DNA of 64,000 nt from Deinococcales bacterium (GTDB lineage: Bacteria; Deinococcota; Deinococci; Deinococcales; JAAFIG01), in assembly GCA_043778225.1 (NCBI GenBank), contig JAYWGM010000056.1:20594-84593 (forward strand), written 5' to 3'. The notes below the pieces were generated by a model. That model was given only the letters and a program-made list of their open reading frames with translations, had not been told where the DNA came from and ran no database searches. Below, one piece after another: positions 55,981 through 64,000 of the stretch. Both the position numbers and the translations under genes were made by a program. Each line of letters begins with the position of its first letter. Positions within the stretch are counted from its first letter, which is position 1.

Positions 55981-57012
55981 GTGCATCCTGAAATTTTCAA
56001 ACTTCCCGACGATTTGTTCAAAGGTATCTTTCTGCTTTCTGGACTTGGTGGCTTCTCGATAGCCTGGTACGGTGTCTTAATCACCTTAGGCGTGATGATT
56101 GGCGCGGTGATTGCCACAAGGGTGGCAGAGCGGCGCGGCTTAAATACCAACCTGTTATCCGACATGGTTTTCTGGTCGGTCGTCTGGGGCGTGGTCGGCG
56201 CTCGGCTTGGTTATATTCTGACCAGCCCTAGTAATTTTATTTACACTTCACAAAGCACCATTTTTTCTTGGCTTGGCAAAATTGTTAATGTCCGCGAGGG
56301 TGGACTGTCCATTCACGGTGGTGTAATCCTTGGCATTCTGGTACTGATGTACTATGCCCGTCGGTACAAAATCAATTTTTATCAGTACATAGACCTGTAC
56401 GCACCGGGATTGGCGCTTGGCATTATTGGTGGGCGTTTAGGAAATTTCTTTAATGGCTCAGATACGATAGGGCGCATCACGACCCTGCCTATTGGTTGGA
56501 CTTTCCCCGGCTGGGGCGAAGATATTCTTGGTATTTTTACTGCCGAGCGTAATTGGGCTGGAATGCCCGGACTGTGCAAAGCCGCCTCTGGCGAGGTTTC
56601 GGTTTCGCCGCTTTGTCAAGTCGGGGTTGAATACTTGCGTGGACCCGTCCATCTGACCCAGATTTATGGTGTTTTTATTGGCGTTGCACTGTTGATTATG
56701 ATTTTTTACTGGCTGCGCTCTAAGCGCCCCGGTTGGGTTTTTTGGAACACGATGCTTTGGTACAGCATTATGCGAGCGGGAATTGAAGAGACTTTTCGCC
56801 TTAATCCACTGTCTTGGAAGGTTTTTGAGAGTGCCGACCTTGGAATTGGGCTGTTTACTTTTACCCAACTTTTCAGCATTCCGATTATCATCATCAGTTT
56901 AATTATGCTTAACCGCATCAAAAACCAACCCGAGCAACCTTGGACAGAAAATGCGCCAACCCCCAATAAGCCTCTGGTCTCGAGTGCCGCTGTGGAGTTG
57001 CCTAAAACATGA
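55981..57012 (+). CDS. lgt: prolipoprotein diacylglyceryl transferase
   Basis: WYGVLI, GARLGY, GGLSIHGG, GRLGNFFNG, HLTQIY. Confidence 0.95.
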   Translation: MHPEIFKLPDDLFKGIFLLSGLGGFSIAWYGVLITLGVMIGAVIATRVAERRGLNTNLLSDMVFWSVVWGVVGARLGYILTSPSNFIYTSQSTIFSWLGKIVNVREGGLSIHGGVILGILVLMYYARRYKINFYQYIDLYAPGLALGIIGGRLGNFFNGSDTIGRITTLPIGWTFPGWGEDILGIFTAERNWAGMPGLCKAASGEVSVSPLCQVGVEYLRGPVHLTQIYGVFIGVALLIMIFYWLRSKRPGWVFWNTMLWYSIMRAGIEETFRLNPLSWKVFESADLGIGLFTFTQLFSIPIIIISLIMLNRIKNQPEQPWTENAPTPNKPLVSSAAVELPKT

Positions 57013-58442
57013 GCCTCGCGGTGGTGATTCTGGCAGCCGGACAGGGGACACGCATGAAGAGTACCCTGCCAAAAATGTTGCATCAGGCGGCGGGTAGACC
57101 ACTTTTGGGTCATGTCATCGAACGGGCTAAAGAACTCGAGCCAGTTAAAATCGTGGTGATTACGGGTCATGGTGCAGAACAAATCGAGAGTCACTTTGCG
57201 TCCGAGCCTGTGGTTTTTGCACGGCAACTCGAGCAACTTGGTACAGCCCATGCTTTCTTATGCGCCAAAGATGCCTTAGATGGTCATGACGGTGATGTTT
57301 TTGTGCTGTACGGAGATACGCCACTGATGACCTTTGAGACCCTAAAGTCAGCACTCGAGGCGCACCGAGCTGCCAAAGCTGGCATGACTGTGATTACAGG
57401 GATTCTTGAGGATGCGACTGGTTATGGGCGAATTGTGCGCGATAATAGGGGAGATGTGCTGCGGATTGTTGAACAAAAAGCCGCCACCGAAGCCGAAAAA
57501 GCCATTCAGGAATGGAACTCTGGAATGTATATTTTTGACTCGAGTGCTTTTGCTTTGGCTGCTCAGATTGGCAATAACAACAGTGCCAAAGAGTATTACC
57601 TGACCGATATTCTCGAGCTATACCGCGCCAATAAGCCAGTCTTGGCACAAATCGCGGCTTCTTCAGAACTCGAGGGCAGCAATGACCGTGTGCAATTGGC
57701 AGCCGCCGATAAAACCTTGCGTGATCGAATCCGTGTTCGTCATATGAAAAATGGGGTGACATTATGTGACCCGAGCAATACCTACATAGATGATACAGTC
57801 ATTATCGGGCAAGATGTGATTCTCGAGCCGGGCGTGATTTTGCAGGGGTCTACCCAAATTGCTTCTGGTAGTACCATTGGCGCATACAGCATCCTGAGCG
57901 ATTCAAAACTCGAGGGGGCAGTGCAAGTCAAGCCGCATAGTGTTCTCGAAGGCGCAATTTTGCGCGGTGGGGTTCAGGTTGGACCATTTGCCAGAATTCG
58001 GGCTGGGACAATTCTCGAGACCGATGTCCATGTTGGCAACTTTGTCGAAATTAAAAACTCGCACTTACTCGAGGGTGCTAAAGCCGGGCATCTGGCATAT
58101 ATTGGCGATGCCAGCGTCGGGCGCGAAGTTAATTTTTCGGCTGGGGCAATCACCGCTAATTTTGACGGCTTGGATAAATTCCGCACCGAAATTAAGGACG
58201 GTGCGTTTATCGGTACAAATGTAACTTTGGTTGCGCCAGTGACGATTGAAACTGGTGCATTTATTGCGGCGGGTAGCGTCATTACCACCGATATACAAGA
58301 AGGCGCATTAGGTGTAACGCGCAGCCCGCAAAAAGTCCTCGAGAACTGGGCAGTTAAATACTGGACACAAAAACTCGAGACCACCAAGACCTATAAATTG
58401 CCGTTCATCCGAAAGTGGTTGGCTGGACGTATATCAGATTAG
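57009..58442 (+). CDS. glmU: bifunctional UDP-GlcNAc pyrophosphorylase / glucosamine-1-phosphate acetyltransferase
   Basis: LAAGQGTRMKS, GYGRIVR, EYYLTD, hexapeptide repeats, GNFVEIKN, HLAYIGD. Confidence 0.98.
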   Translation: MSLAVVILAAGQGTRMKSTLPKMLHQAAGRPLLGHVIERAKELEPVKIVVITGHGAEQIESHFASEPVVFARQLEQLGTAHAFLCAKDALDGHDGDVFVLYGDTPLMTFETLKSALEAHRAAKAGMTVITGILEDATGYGRIVRDNRGDVLRIVEQKAATEAEKAIQEWNSGMYIFDSSAFALAAQIGNNNSAKEYYLTDILELYRANKPVLAQIAASSELEGSNDRVQLAAADKTLRDRIRVRHMKNGVTLCDPSNTYIDDTVIIGQDVILEPGVILQGSTQIASGSTIGAYSILSDSKLEGAVQVKPHSVLEGAILRGGVQVGPFARIRAGTILETDVHVGNFVEIKNSHLLEGAKAGHLAYIGDASVGREVNFSAGAITANFDGLDKFRTEIKDGAFIGTNVTLVAPVTIETGAFIAAGSVITTDIQEGALGVTRSPQKVLENWAVKYWTQKLETTKTYKLPFIRKWLAGRISD

Positions 58443-58554
58443 GAACTTTACGGGTCAAAAATCCATCTGAACTTCATAAAACCCGAGTACGCTTTACTTA
58501 GCTTGACAAATCACTGACATCTCGCCCTGAAACTGCACCATAAGGAGAACCATC

Positions 58555-58758
58555 ATGCCAAACCTAGGACCACTCGAAATCATTGTTATTCTGTTGCTCG
58601 CGCTTGTGTTTTTTGGAGCAAAACGCTTACCGGAATTGGGTAAGGGACTCGGGCAAGGTATCCGCGAATTTCGTAAAGCTGGTAAAGACATTCGTGCCGA
58701 ACTCGACGATAGTTTCAAAGACGAACCCAAGCCTGTCAGCACCACCGATAAGGCATAA
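58555..58758 (+). CDS. tatA: twin-arginine translocase TatA
   Basis: LGPLEIIVILLLALVFFGAKRLPELGKGLGQGIREFRK. Confidence 0.96.
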   Translation: MPNLGPLEIIVILLLALVFFGAKRLPELGKGLGQGIREFRKAGKDIRAELDDSFKDEPKPVSTTDKA

Positions 58759-58766
58759 CGCCGCTC

Positions 58767-59561
58767 ATGGCAGCTCGAGAATTACAAAACGAAACTTTTA
58801 AGGAAGCACCGCTCCTCGACCATCTCGAGGAGTTGCGCCTACGGATTATTTGGAGTGCTGTTGCTTGGATTGTTGGCGGTGGCATTACTTTTGCCAACCT
58901 TGGCTTTGCGATAGACTTACTTAAACGCCCACTCGAGGTCTACAGCAAAGGCAAAGGACTCGAAGTCGAAATTATTTCATTGCGGATTACCGAGCAACTT
59001 TCGGCTTCGTTCTTGGTGGCAGCCGTTGGCGGTTTGATTTTCGCCATGCCAATGCTGATTTACCAACTTTGGGCATTTGTCGCACCTGGATTAACCAAGC
59101 GTGAACGGGGTTATGCTTTTCCGTTCATTTTTGGCTCGGTACTGGCGTTTTTGGCGGGTATTGCCTTTGCATATTTTATTGCCTTACCAGCCGCGATGCA
59201 GTTTTTAATCGGATTTTTACCGGGCGTGAAAACCACGCTGCCGATTGGCGATTATATCAGCGATGTGATTACGCCTTTGGTGATGTTTGGCATTCTTTTT
59301 CAGTTGCCAGTGATCATGTTTTTAATCGCAAAAATTGGTGTTATCTCGAGTCAATTTTTTATCAAGCAACGGCGCATTGCGGTCTTTGCAATCGTGGTGG
59401 TGGCAGCCTTTGCGACACCCTCGAGTGACCCCGTAAACCTTGCGATTATTAGTTTTCCACTGATTATTTTGTATGAGTTAGGAATTTCTCTGGCAAAACT
59501 GGCAGAACGCCAAAATGCAGTGCTGGCAGCCAAGGGCTTACTCGAGGATGAAGAGAGTTGA
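58767..59561 (+). CDS. tatC: twin-arginine translocase TatC
   Basis: LLDHLEELRLR, YQLWAFVAPGL, FQLP, ATP..DP, LYE. Confidence 0.96.
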   Translation: MAARELQNETFKEAPLLDHLEELRLRIIWSAVAWIVGGGITFANLGFAIDLLKRPLEVYSKGKGLEVEIISLRITEQLSASFLVAAVGGLIFAMPMLIYQLWAFVAPGLTKRERGYAFPFIFGSVLAFLAGIAFAYFIALPAAMQFLIGFLPGVKTTLPIGDYISDVITPLVMFGILFQLPVIMFLIAKIGVISSQFFIKQRRIAVFAIVVVAAFATPSSDPVNLAIISFPLIILYELGISLAKLAERQNAVLAAKGLLEDEES

Positions 59562-59586
59562 CAAAACACCCTCGAGCCAGTAGCCT
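59558..59586 (+). promoter_or_regulatory. sigma70-type promoter of the aro leader
   Basis: TTGACA-17 nt-TAGCCT. Confidence 0.6.
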
Positions 59587-59595
59587 CTATAAGAC

Positions 59596-59625
59596 ATGAA
59601 AATTACTTCTTGGTATACGATTTAA
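59596..59625 (+). CDS. putative aromatic amino-acid leader peptide MKITSWYTI
   Basis: 9-codon ORF with adjacent Trp-Tyr codons, between the promoter and two terminator hairpins upstream of CM-DAHP synthase. Confidence 0.6.
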   Translation: MKITSWYTI

Positions 59626-59680
59626 GGCACTCGGACAGGCTCGAGTGTCTTTTTGCTTCGGCTTTTGCCGAAGTTTTTTA
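59626..59680 (+). terminator. tandem attenuator hairpins
   Basis: GGCACTCG-n8-CGAGTGTC-TTTTT and CTTCGGC-tttt-GCCGAAG-TTTTTT. Confidence 0.75.
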
Positions 59681-59717
59681 TTGACAACATTTCACATTCT
59701 CTCAAAAGGAAAAAATC

Positions 59718-60794
59718 ATGACTGACTCAATTATAGAAACATTGCGTATTCAAGTGGACAACATTAACCTCGAGATTTTAGCGGCGCTTTCTAAGCGAGC
59801 CGAAATGGTCAAGCAAATTGGAGCGCGTCAGACCGAAATGGGAATGAGCCATTTTGACCCAAAACGCGAATCTGCCATGCTCGAGCAACTCGAACGAGCC
59901 AATTCAGGTGCATTTCCAAACAGCACCATCAAACAACTCTTCAAAGAAATTTTTAAGGCTTCCCTCGACCTTGAAGAGCGTGAGGACAAGCCAAAACTCA
60001 AATACAGCCGCAAAACCAAAACCGAAGACAGTGCTGTGGTTATCTCGAGGGGCAGTGTCTCAGTGCAATTTGGCGGCGGCGTGAAAACCATGATTGCTGG
60101 ACCATGCAGCATCGAAAGCCTAGAACAAACGATGCAAGCTGCCGAAATTGTCAAGCGACAGGGCATCACGATGTTTCGCGGTGGGGCATACAAACCACGT
60201 ACCAGTCCTTATGGTTTTCAGGGCTTGGGTGTGGCTGGTTTACAAATTGGCGCACAAGCGGCTCGAGAACATGGTTTATTGTTTGTGACCGAAGTCATGG
60301 ACACCCGAGATGTGGCGGTCTGTGCCGAATATGCCGATATGCTCCAAGTCGGAACTCGCAATGCCCAGAATTTTGCCTTGCTGCGTGAAGTCGGTAAAAG
60401 CGGCAAGCCAGTGCTGTTAAAACGCGGTTTCTCGAGTACCATCGAAGAATGGCTGTTGACCGCCGAATATATTTTATCCGAGGGCAACGAGCGCGTGGTC
60501 TTGTGCGAACGCGGCATTCGCACCTTCGAGAAAGCCACCCGTAATACTTTAGACATTTCGGCAGTGGCGGTGGCTAAACTCGAGACTCATTTACCGATTA
60601 TTGTGGATGTGACCCATGCAGCCGGACGGCGTGATATTTTGATTCCACTGGCAAAAGCAGCCTTAGCAGTTGGCGCAGATGGCGTTCATGTGGAAGTCCA
60701 CCCAGACCCAGCCACAGCATTGTCGGATAATCAACAGCAACTCGACTTTGCTGGATTTGAGGTGTTTATGGCTGCGATTAAGCCGATGCTGTGA
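59718..60794 (+). CDS. bifunctional chorismate mutase / DAHP synthase (type I-beta)
   Basis: N-terminal AroQ domain (LRIQVDNIN...FDPKRE...FKEIFKAS); IAGPCSIES, RGGAYKPRTSPY, LLKRG, CERGIRTF. Confidence 0.96.
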   Translation: MTDSIIETLRIQVDNINLEILAALSKRAEMVKQIGARQTEMGMSHFDPKRESAMLEQLERANSGAFPNSTIKQLFKEIFKASLDLEEREDKPKLKYSRKTKTEDSAVVISRGSVSVQFGGGVKTMIAGPCSIESLEQTMQAAEIVKRQGITMFRGGAYKPRTSPYGFQGLGVAGLQIGAQAAREHGLLFVTEVMDTRDVAVCAEYADMLQVGTRNAQNFALLREVGKSGKPVLLKRGFSSTIEEWLLTAEYILSEGNERVVLCERGIRTFEKATRNTLDISAVAVAKLETHLPIIVDVTHAAGRRDILIPLAKAALAVGADGVHVEVHPDPATALSDNQQQLDFAGFEVFMAAIKPML

Positions 60795-60825
60795 TGCAAA
60801 TTGGTCATGAAAAAAAGTGACTGGT

Positions 60826-60929
60826 TACGGACTCCCTCCAGCGCGGAGCGCTGACCCCCTCAATGAGGGGGTTTAGACCTTGAACCCCCTCAACGAGGGG
60901 GTCGCCGCTTGCGGCGGGGGGAGTTCGTA
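60826..60929. repeat. multi-hairpin palindromic element between convergent genes
   Basis: Outer stem TACGGACTCCCTCC / GGGGGGAGTTCGTA enclosing four hairpins, two of them ACCCCCTC-aay-GAGGGGGT. Confidence 0.85.
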
Positions 60930-60952
60930 GGAGTATACGTTTTTCTTACCGC

Positions 60953-62509
60953 TTACATCAGGCTCGAGACATCAAAAGCAGCCTTGACTTCTCCATACTC
61001 AGTATCCATTTGTGCCAGTTGCAATTTGCCGCTGAGTTCGTCGTTGACACCATGCCAATAGGTGTAGGATTCAATCACCCAAATTCCGGATTCCCTTGTT
61101 CCGTTGCCACTGCCTTTGACCCCACCAAATGGCATATGCGCTTCTGCGCCGGTGGTGCTGTTGTTGATGCTGCTCATACCCGCCTGAATCTGGTCTTTGA
61201 ACTGGTACGCCCACATTCGGTTGTTGGTGTAAATTGCACTCGAGAGTCCGTAGTCTACGCTGTTGGCAGTTTCGATGGCTTCGTCAATGCCATTGACTTT
61301 AACAATGCTAACGGTCGGTCCAAAGACCTCGGTTTTGAAGATGTTCATCTCTTTGGTCACACCCGCCCAGACGGTTGGTGAGCCAAAAAAGCCAGTGCTT
61401 GGGTCGCCAATAAAATTTTCCTTGTTGGCATCGGTAATACGTCTCGAGCCATAAAGCAGCCTCGCGCCGTCAGCTTGTGCCATGTCGTAATGGGTATCCC
61501 AGCCTTGGTAAAAGCGTTCGTTGATAAAAGGTCCGTACAGCACATCCTCGTGCAGAATTGGGTCGCCAATTTTAATGCTTTTGACTTGCTCGAGGAATTT
61601 TTCAATGAACGCATCATGAATTGGTTCATCCAGAATTAAATTACCAAGGCTGGTGCAGCGCTGTCCGCCCGTACCAAAAGCCGACCACAGCGCCCCAGCC
61701 ACAGCGTTATCAAGGTCAGCATCGCGCATCACAATCATTGGGTTTTTGCCGCCTAATTCTAAAGTCGGATGTGTTAAATTGCGCCCAGCCACTTCGCCAA
61801 TTTTACGACCAACCGCCGTGCTGCCCGTGAAGGCAATTTTATTTAAGCGTTTTTCGTCCATCATGCTGACCAAGTATTCACCAGCCGCACCAGCGCCACC
61901 ACCAAAAACAACGTTTAGCACACCATCTGGCAGACCACCTTCCTCGAGCAATTTGGCAAAAGCAAATGAGGTTGCGGCGGCATCTTCGGACGGTTTCCAA
62001 ATAATGCTGTTACCTGTTACGAGGGCTGGAATGATTTTCCAACTCGGCACAGCCACAGGAAAATTCCCAGCCGTAATCACGCCCACCACGCCCAACGGAC
62101 GGCGGTAGGTGGAAAGTTCTTTGTTGTGCATCTCCGATGGCACGGTTTGCCCGTACAATCTGCGCCCTTCGGACTGAAAAAAATGACAGGTGTCAATGGC
62201 TTCTTGGACATCGCCCCTTGCTTCTTTGAGGGTTTTGCCCATTTCTCGAGATAATAACTGCGACAGTGCTTCTTTTTCGCGTTCGATGGCTTTACCGATG
62301 TTACCAATAATCTGCCCACGAATTGGGGCTGGGGTTTTGCGCCAGACTTCAAAGCCAGCTTTGGCTGCCACACAAGCATCTCGCACTTGCTCGAGACTGG
62401 ATTCTGGGAATTCCCCAAGCACGTCTTCGAGGTTACTCGAGTTATGCGAAAGAAAGGTTTTTTGGCTCGAGATGGCTTTTCCACCGACGATGTTTGCATA
62501 GGTTTTCAT
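60953..62509 (-). CDS. aldehyde dehydrogenase
   Basis: TAGNFP, WKPSE, FTGSTAVG, LELGGKN, GQRCTS, EVFGP, PFGGVKGSG. Confidence 0.95.
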   Translation of the reverse strand: MKTYANIVGGKAISSQKTFLSHNSSNLEDVLGEFPESSLEQVRDACVAAKAGFEVWRKTPAPIRGQIIGNIGKAIEREKEALSQLLSREMGKTLKEARGDVQEAIDTCHFFQSEGRRLYGQTVPSEMHNKELSTYRRPLGVVGVITAGNFPVAVPSWKIIPALVTGNSIIWKPSEDAAATSFAFAKLLEEGGLPDGVLNVVFGGGAGAAGEYLVSMMDEKRLNKIAFTGSTAVGRKIGEVAGRNLTHPTLELGGKNPMIVMRDADLDNAVAGALWSAFGTGGQRCTSLGNLILDEPIHDAFIEKFLEQVKSIKIGDPILHEDVLYGPFINERFYQGWDTHYDMAQADGARLLYGSRRITDANKENFIGDPSTGFFGSPTVWAGVTKEMNIFKTEVFGPTVSIVKVNGIDEAIETANSVDYGLSSAIYTNNRMWAYQFKDQIQAGMSSINNSTTGAEAHMPFGGVKGSGNGTRESGIWVIESYTYWHGVNDELSGKLQLAQMDTEYGEVKAAFDVSSLM

Positions 62510-62635
62510 AGTTTTGTCCTTTTGTTTATCCAATTAGCAAATGGCTTGGGCTTAGTCAGGGCAAGGGCGACCACAAGCAGTTCTGCCTGTGAGGTGCGTG
62601 TTTTGAATCAAGACGGGTTGCTCCTACAGTTGGGT

Positions 62636-63532
62636 TTAGGTTCTTTGGTTGGTTTGGGTGCTAAAGGTGCTTTCAAAAATCTTGTCAGCATTGCCTGCTT
62701 CAAAACCTTCTCGACGGTGTTGGCGCTTAATTTGGGTTGGCTCGAGGTGCATAAATTGCGGTAGCACACGGCGTTCGGCAAATTCAATATACGAACCAGA
62801 AATACGTTTTGTTTCGCCGCTCGAGAACTCCACATCAATCATTTCGGCAACGGTGCTGGATTGCAATAAAAATCCGTCGGGGCTTTGTTTGACTTCGCCG
62901 CCTGCATTGTTGAGCTTCAAGCCGTGCTTTTTAAGAAATTCGTTAAAACCTAGGCAAGTATTGTGTGGCGCTGGCAGGTTATGCACTGAGACCGTGAAAT
63001 GATTGAGGTAATAGCGGTTATAAATCACCCAAGCGGCATATTCGGATTCGGCTTGGAGGGTTTCGTAATCCTCGAGCGTCGGCAATTGCCATAAGGGGCT
63101 GTGCAAAAAAGTATCCACCGCTAGACCATTGTCTAAGTCTAGGTCGTCTACAGGGTCGCTTGGCACTTGGTTGGTGTAACGGGTAACAATTTGCTGCGCC
63201 TCGAGACTCAAGTCTGCGACTCGCAATTCGGAAACAAAAATTCTTGGGTATTTTGGGTCGGGTGGGCTGTACCAAAAAGCATCGAGTTTTTTGTGCTTAA
63301 AGGCATAAGCCTCGCGGCGCTCAAAACCATAATGTAAAAAAATCTTTTCAAACGATTTCATGCCCAGTTGCGGTACGCCCATGGTTCTAAAAGCAATGTG
63401 GTCATTTTCGATTTCGGTGACACTCGAGATTAACTTTTCTTGGGTCATTGCCGAGATGACTTTCTGCACATCAGGCACTCTTGTTTGGTAACGGCGCATC
63501 AAACCAGCCAGCACTATTTCTAACGCATTCAT
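62636..63532 (-). CDS. DUF1338 family protein (HglS-like 2-oxoadipate dioxygenase/decarboxylase)
   Basis: ENDHIAFRT, RIFVSEL, ESEYAAW, NHFTVSV, LLQSST, YIEFAER, GFEAGNADKIFEST. Confidence 0.85.
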   Translation of the reverse strand: MNALEIVLAGLMRRYQTRVPDVQKVISAMTQEKLISSVTEIENDHIAFRTMGVPQLGMKSFEKIFLHYGFERREAYAFKHKKLDAFWYSPPDPKYPRIFVSELRVADLSLEAQQIVTRYTNQVPSDPVDDLDLDNGLAVDTFLHSPLWQLPTLEDYETLQAESEYAAWVIYNRYYLNHFTVSVHNLPAPHNTCLGFNEFLKKHGLKLNNAGGEVKQSPDGFLLQSSTVAEMIDVEFSSGETKRISGSYIEFAERRVLPQFMHLEPTQIKRQHRREGFEAGNADKIFESTFSTQTNQRT

Positions 63533-63589
63533 TTTACACCTCTTATGCCTAGATTACTCGAGATAGGCGCTAGTGGTCAAAGTTAAAAC

Positions 63590-63904
63590 TTAACTCGAAG
63601 CATAAAGCCGAATTGGAAGGTGCTTTTGGTACAATATAAAGTCTTGGTCTTTGGTCAGAATGGCGACGTTCCACTCGAGCGCACAAGCACAAATCAGACA
63701 ATCAGTATTTGAGGATTGTATGCCTTTTGAGCGCAGTAAATTAAAAATTGCGGCGGCATTTTCAAAAACACTTGTTTGAATAAGACGACCTGGAAAGAAC
63801 CGTAGAAAGGTGCGAAAACCAACAAAACGATCAATTTCTCGTAAGCCTGAAAGGATTTCTTGGCGAATCTCGCCGAGCATTTCGACTTGTCCCGCCCGAA
63901 TCAG
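63590..63904 (-). pseudogene. vapC: vapC PIN toxin, 5'-truncated by an IS insertion
   Basis: LIRAGQVEMLGEIRQEILSG...TDCLICACA...ILTKDQDF present; the N-terminal DT motif is missing and the frame runs into an IS end. Confidence 0.75.
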
Positions 63905-64000
63905 TAGGGCAAACGCACCAACTATGCCTTGCCTGATAAACCAAGTAACGATAGCAAGTAATCATCATGTAATAACGCCTTCAAACGTTTCCGTCGCTTA
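63905..64000 (-). mobile_element. right end of a probable ISAs1-family insertion sequence (partial)
   Basis: Minus-strand frame KRRKRLKALLHDDYLLSLLGLSGKA* (63922-63999) resembles ISAs1 transposase C-termini; followed by GGTGCGTTTGCCCTA, similar to ISAs1 terminal inverted repeats. Confidence 0.65.

Noticed and set aside
55935..56975. CTCGAG-free stretch as evidence that lgt is foreign
   Set aside because: lgt is a core gene in an ordinary lgt-glmU context; ~1-kb gaps can arise by chance, so motif absence alone is not used as proof of transfer.
60826..60929. Possible tRNA (cloverleaf-like)
   Set aside because: No T-loop GTTCRA in the correct position, no 7-nt anticodon loop, loops of only 2-3 nt, and no CCA end.

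Overview
Bacterial chromosomal segment of roughly 48-50% GC (estimated by eye), most likely from a Deinococcota member. The evidence is a DdrI-like Crp regulator, a chorismate mutase-DAHP synthase fusion and many apparently leaderless genes. Housekeeping genes are ispH, metY/metX under a SAM-I riboswitch, intein-containing dnaB, trhO, slyD, uppP, frr, hisH, lgt, glmU and tatAC. Accessory blocks: (i) an HTH/Nudix-like gene divergent from a small Cys-tailed membrane/secreted peptide and two TPR-wHTH proteins; (ii) a 1722-aa Ig/PKD lipoprotein and xisHI; (iii) a copper operon (CxxC/RAPP leader ORF, DsbA, VKOR, MbnP, MbnH, CopC); (iv) a SARP/BTAD regulator with downstream secreted proteins; (v) a zinc-starvation cluster with two Fur/Zur-type boxes; (vi) a form I aerobic CO dehydrogenase operon carrying an extra 2OG-Fe(II) oxygenase; (vii) toxin-antitoxin modules, two with disabled toxins. 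The most unusual signals are the hyper-abundant palindrome CTCGAG, a double-length SAM-I riboswitch with a Met-rich mini-ORF inside it, a likely ribosome-stalling copper-sensing leader, a candidate peptide-TPR signalling locus and a Trp-Tyr leader-peptide attenuator. All family assignments come from motif recognition by eye; no searches were run.
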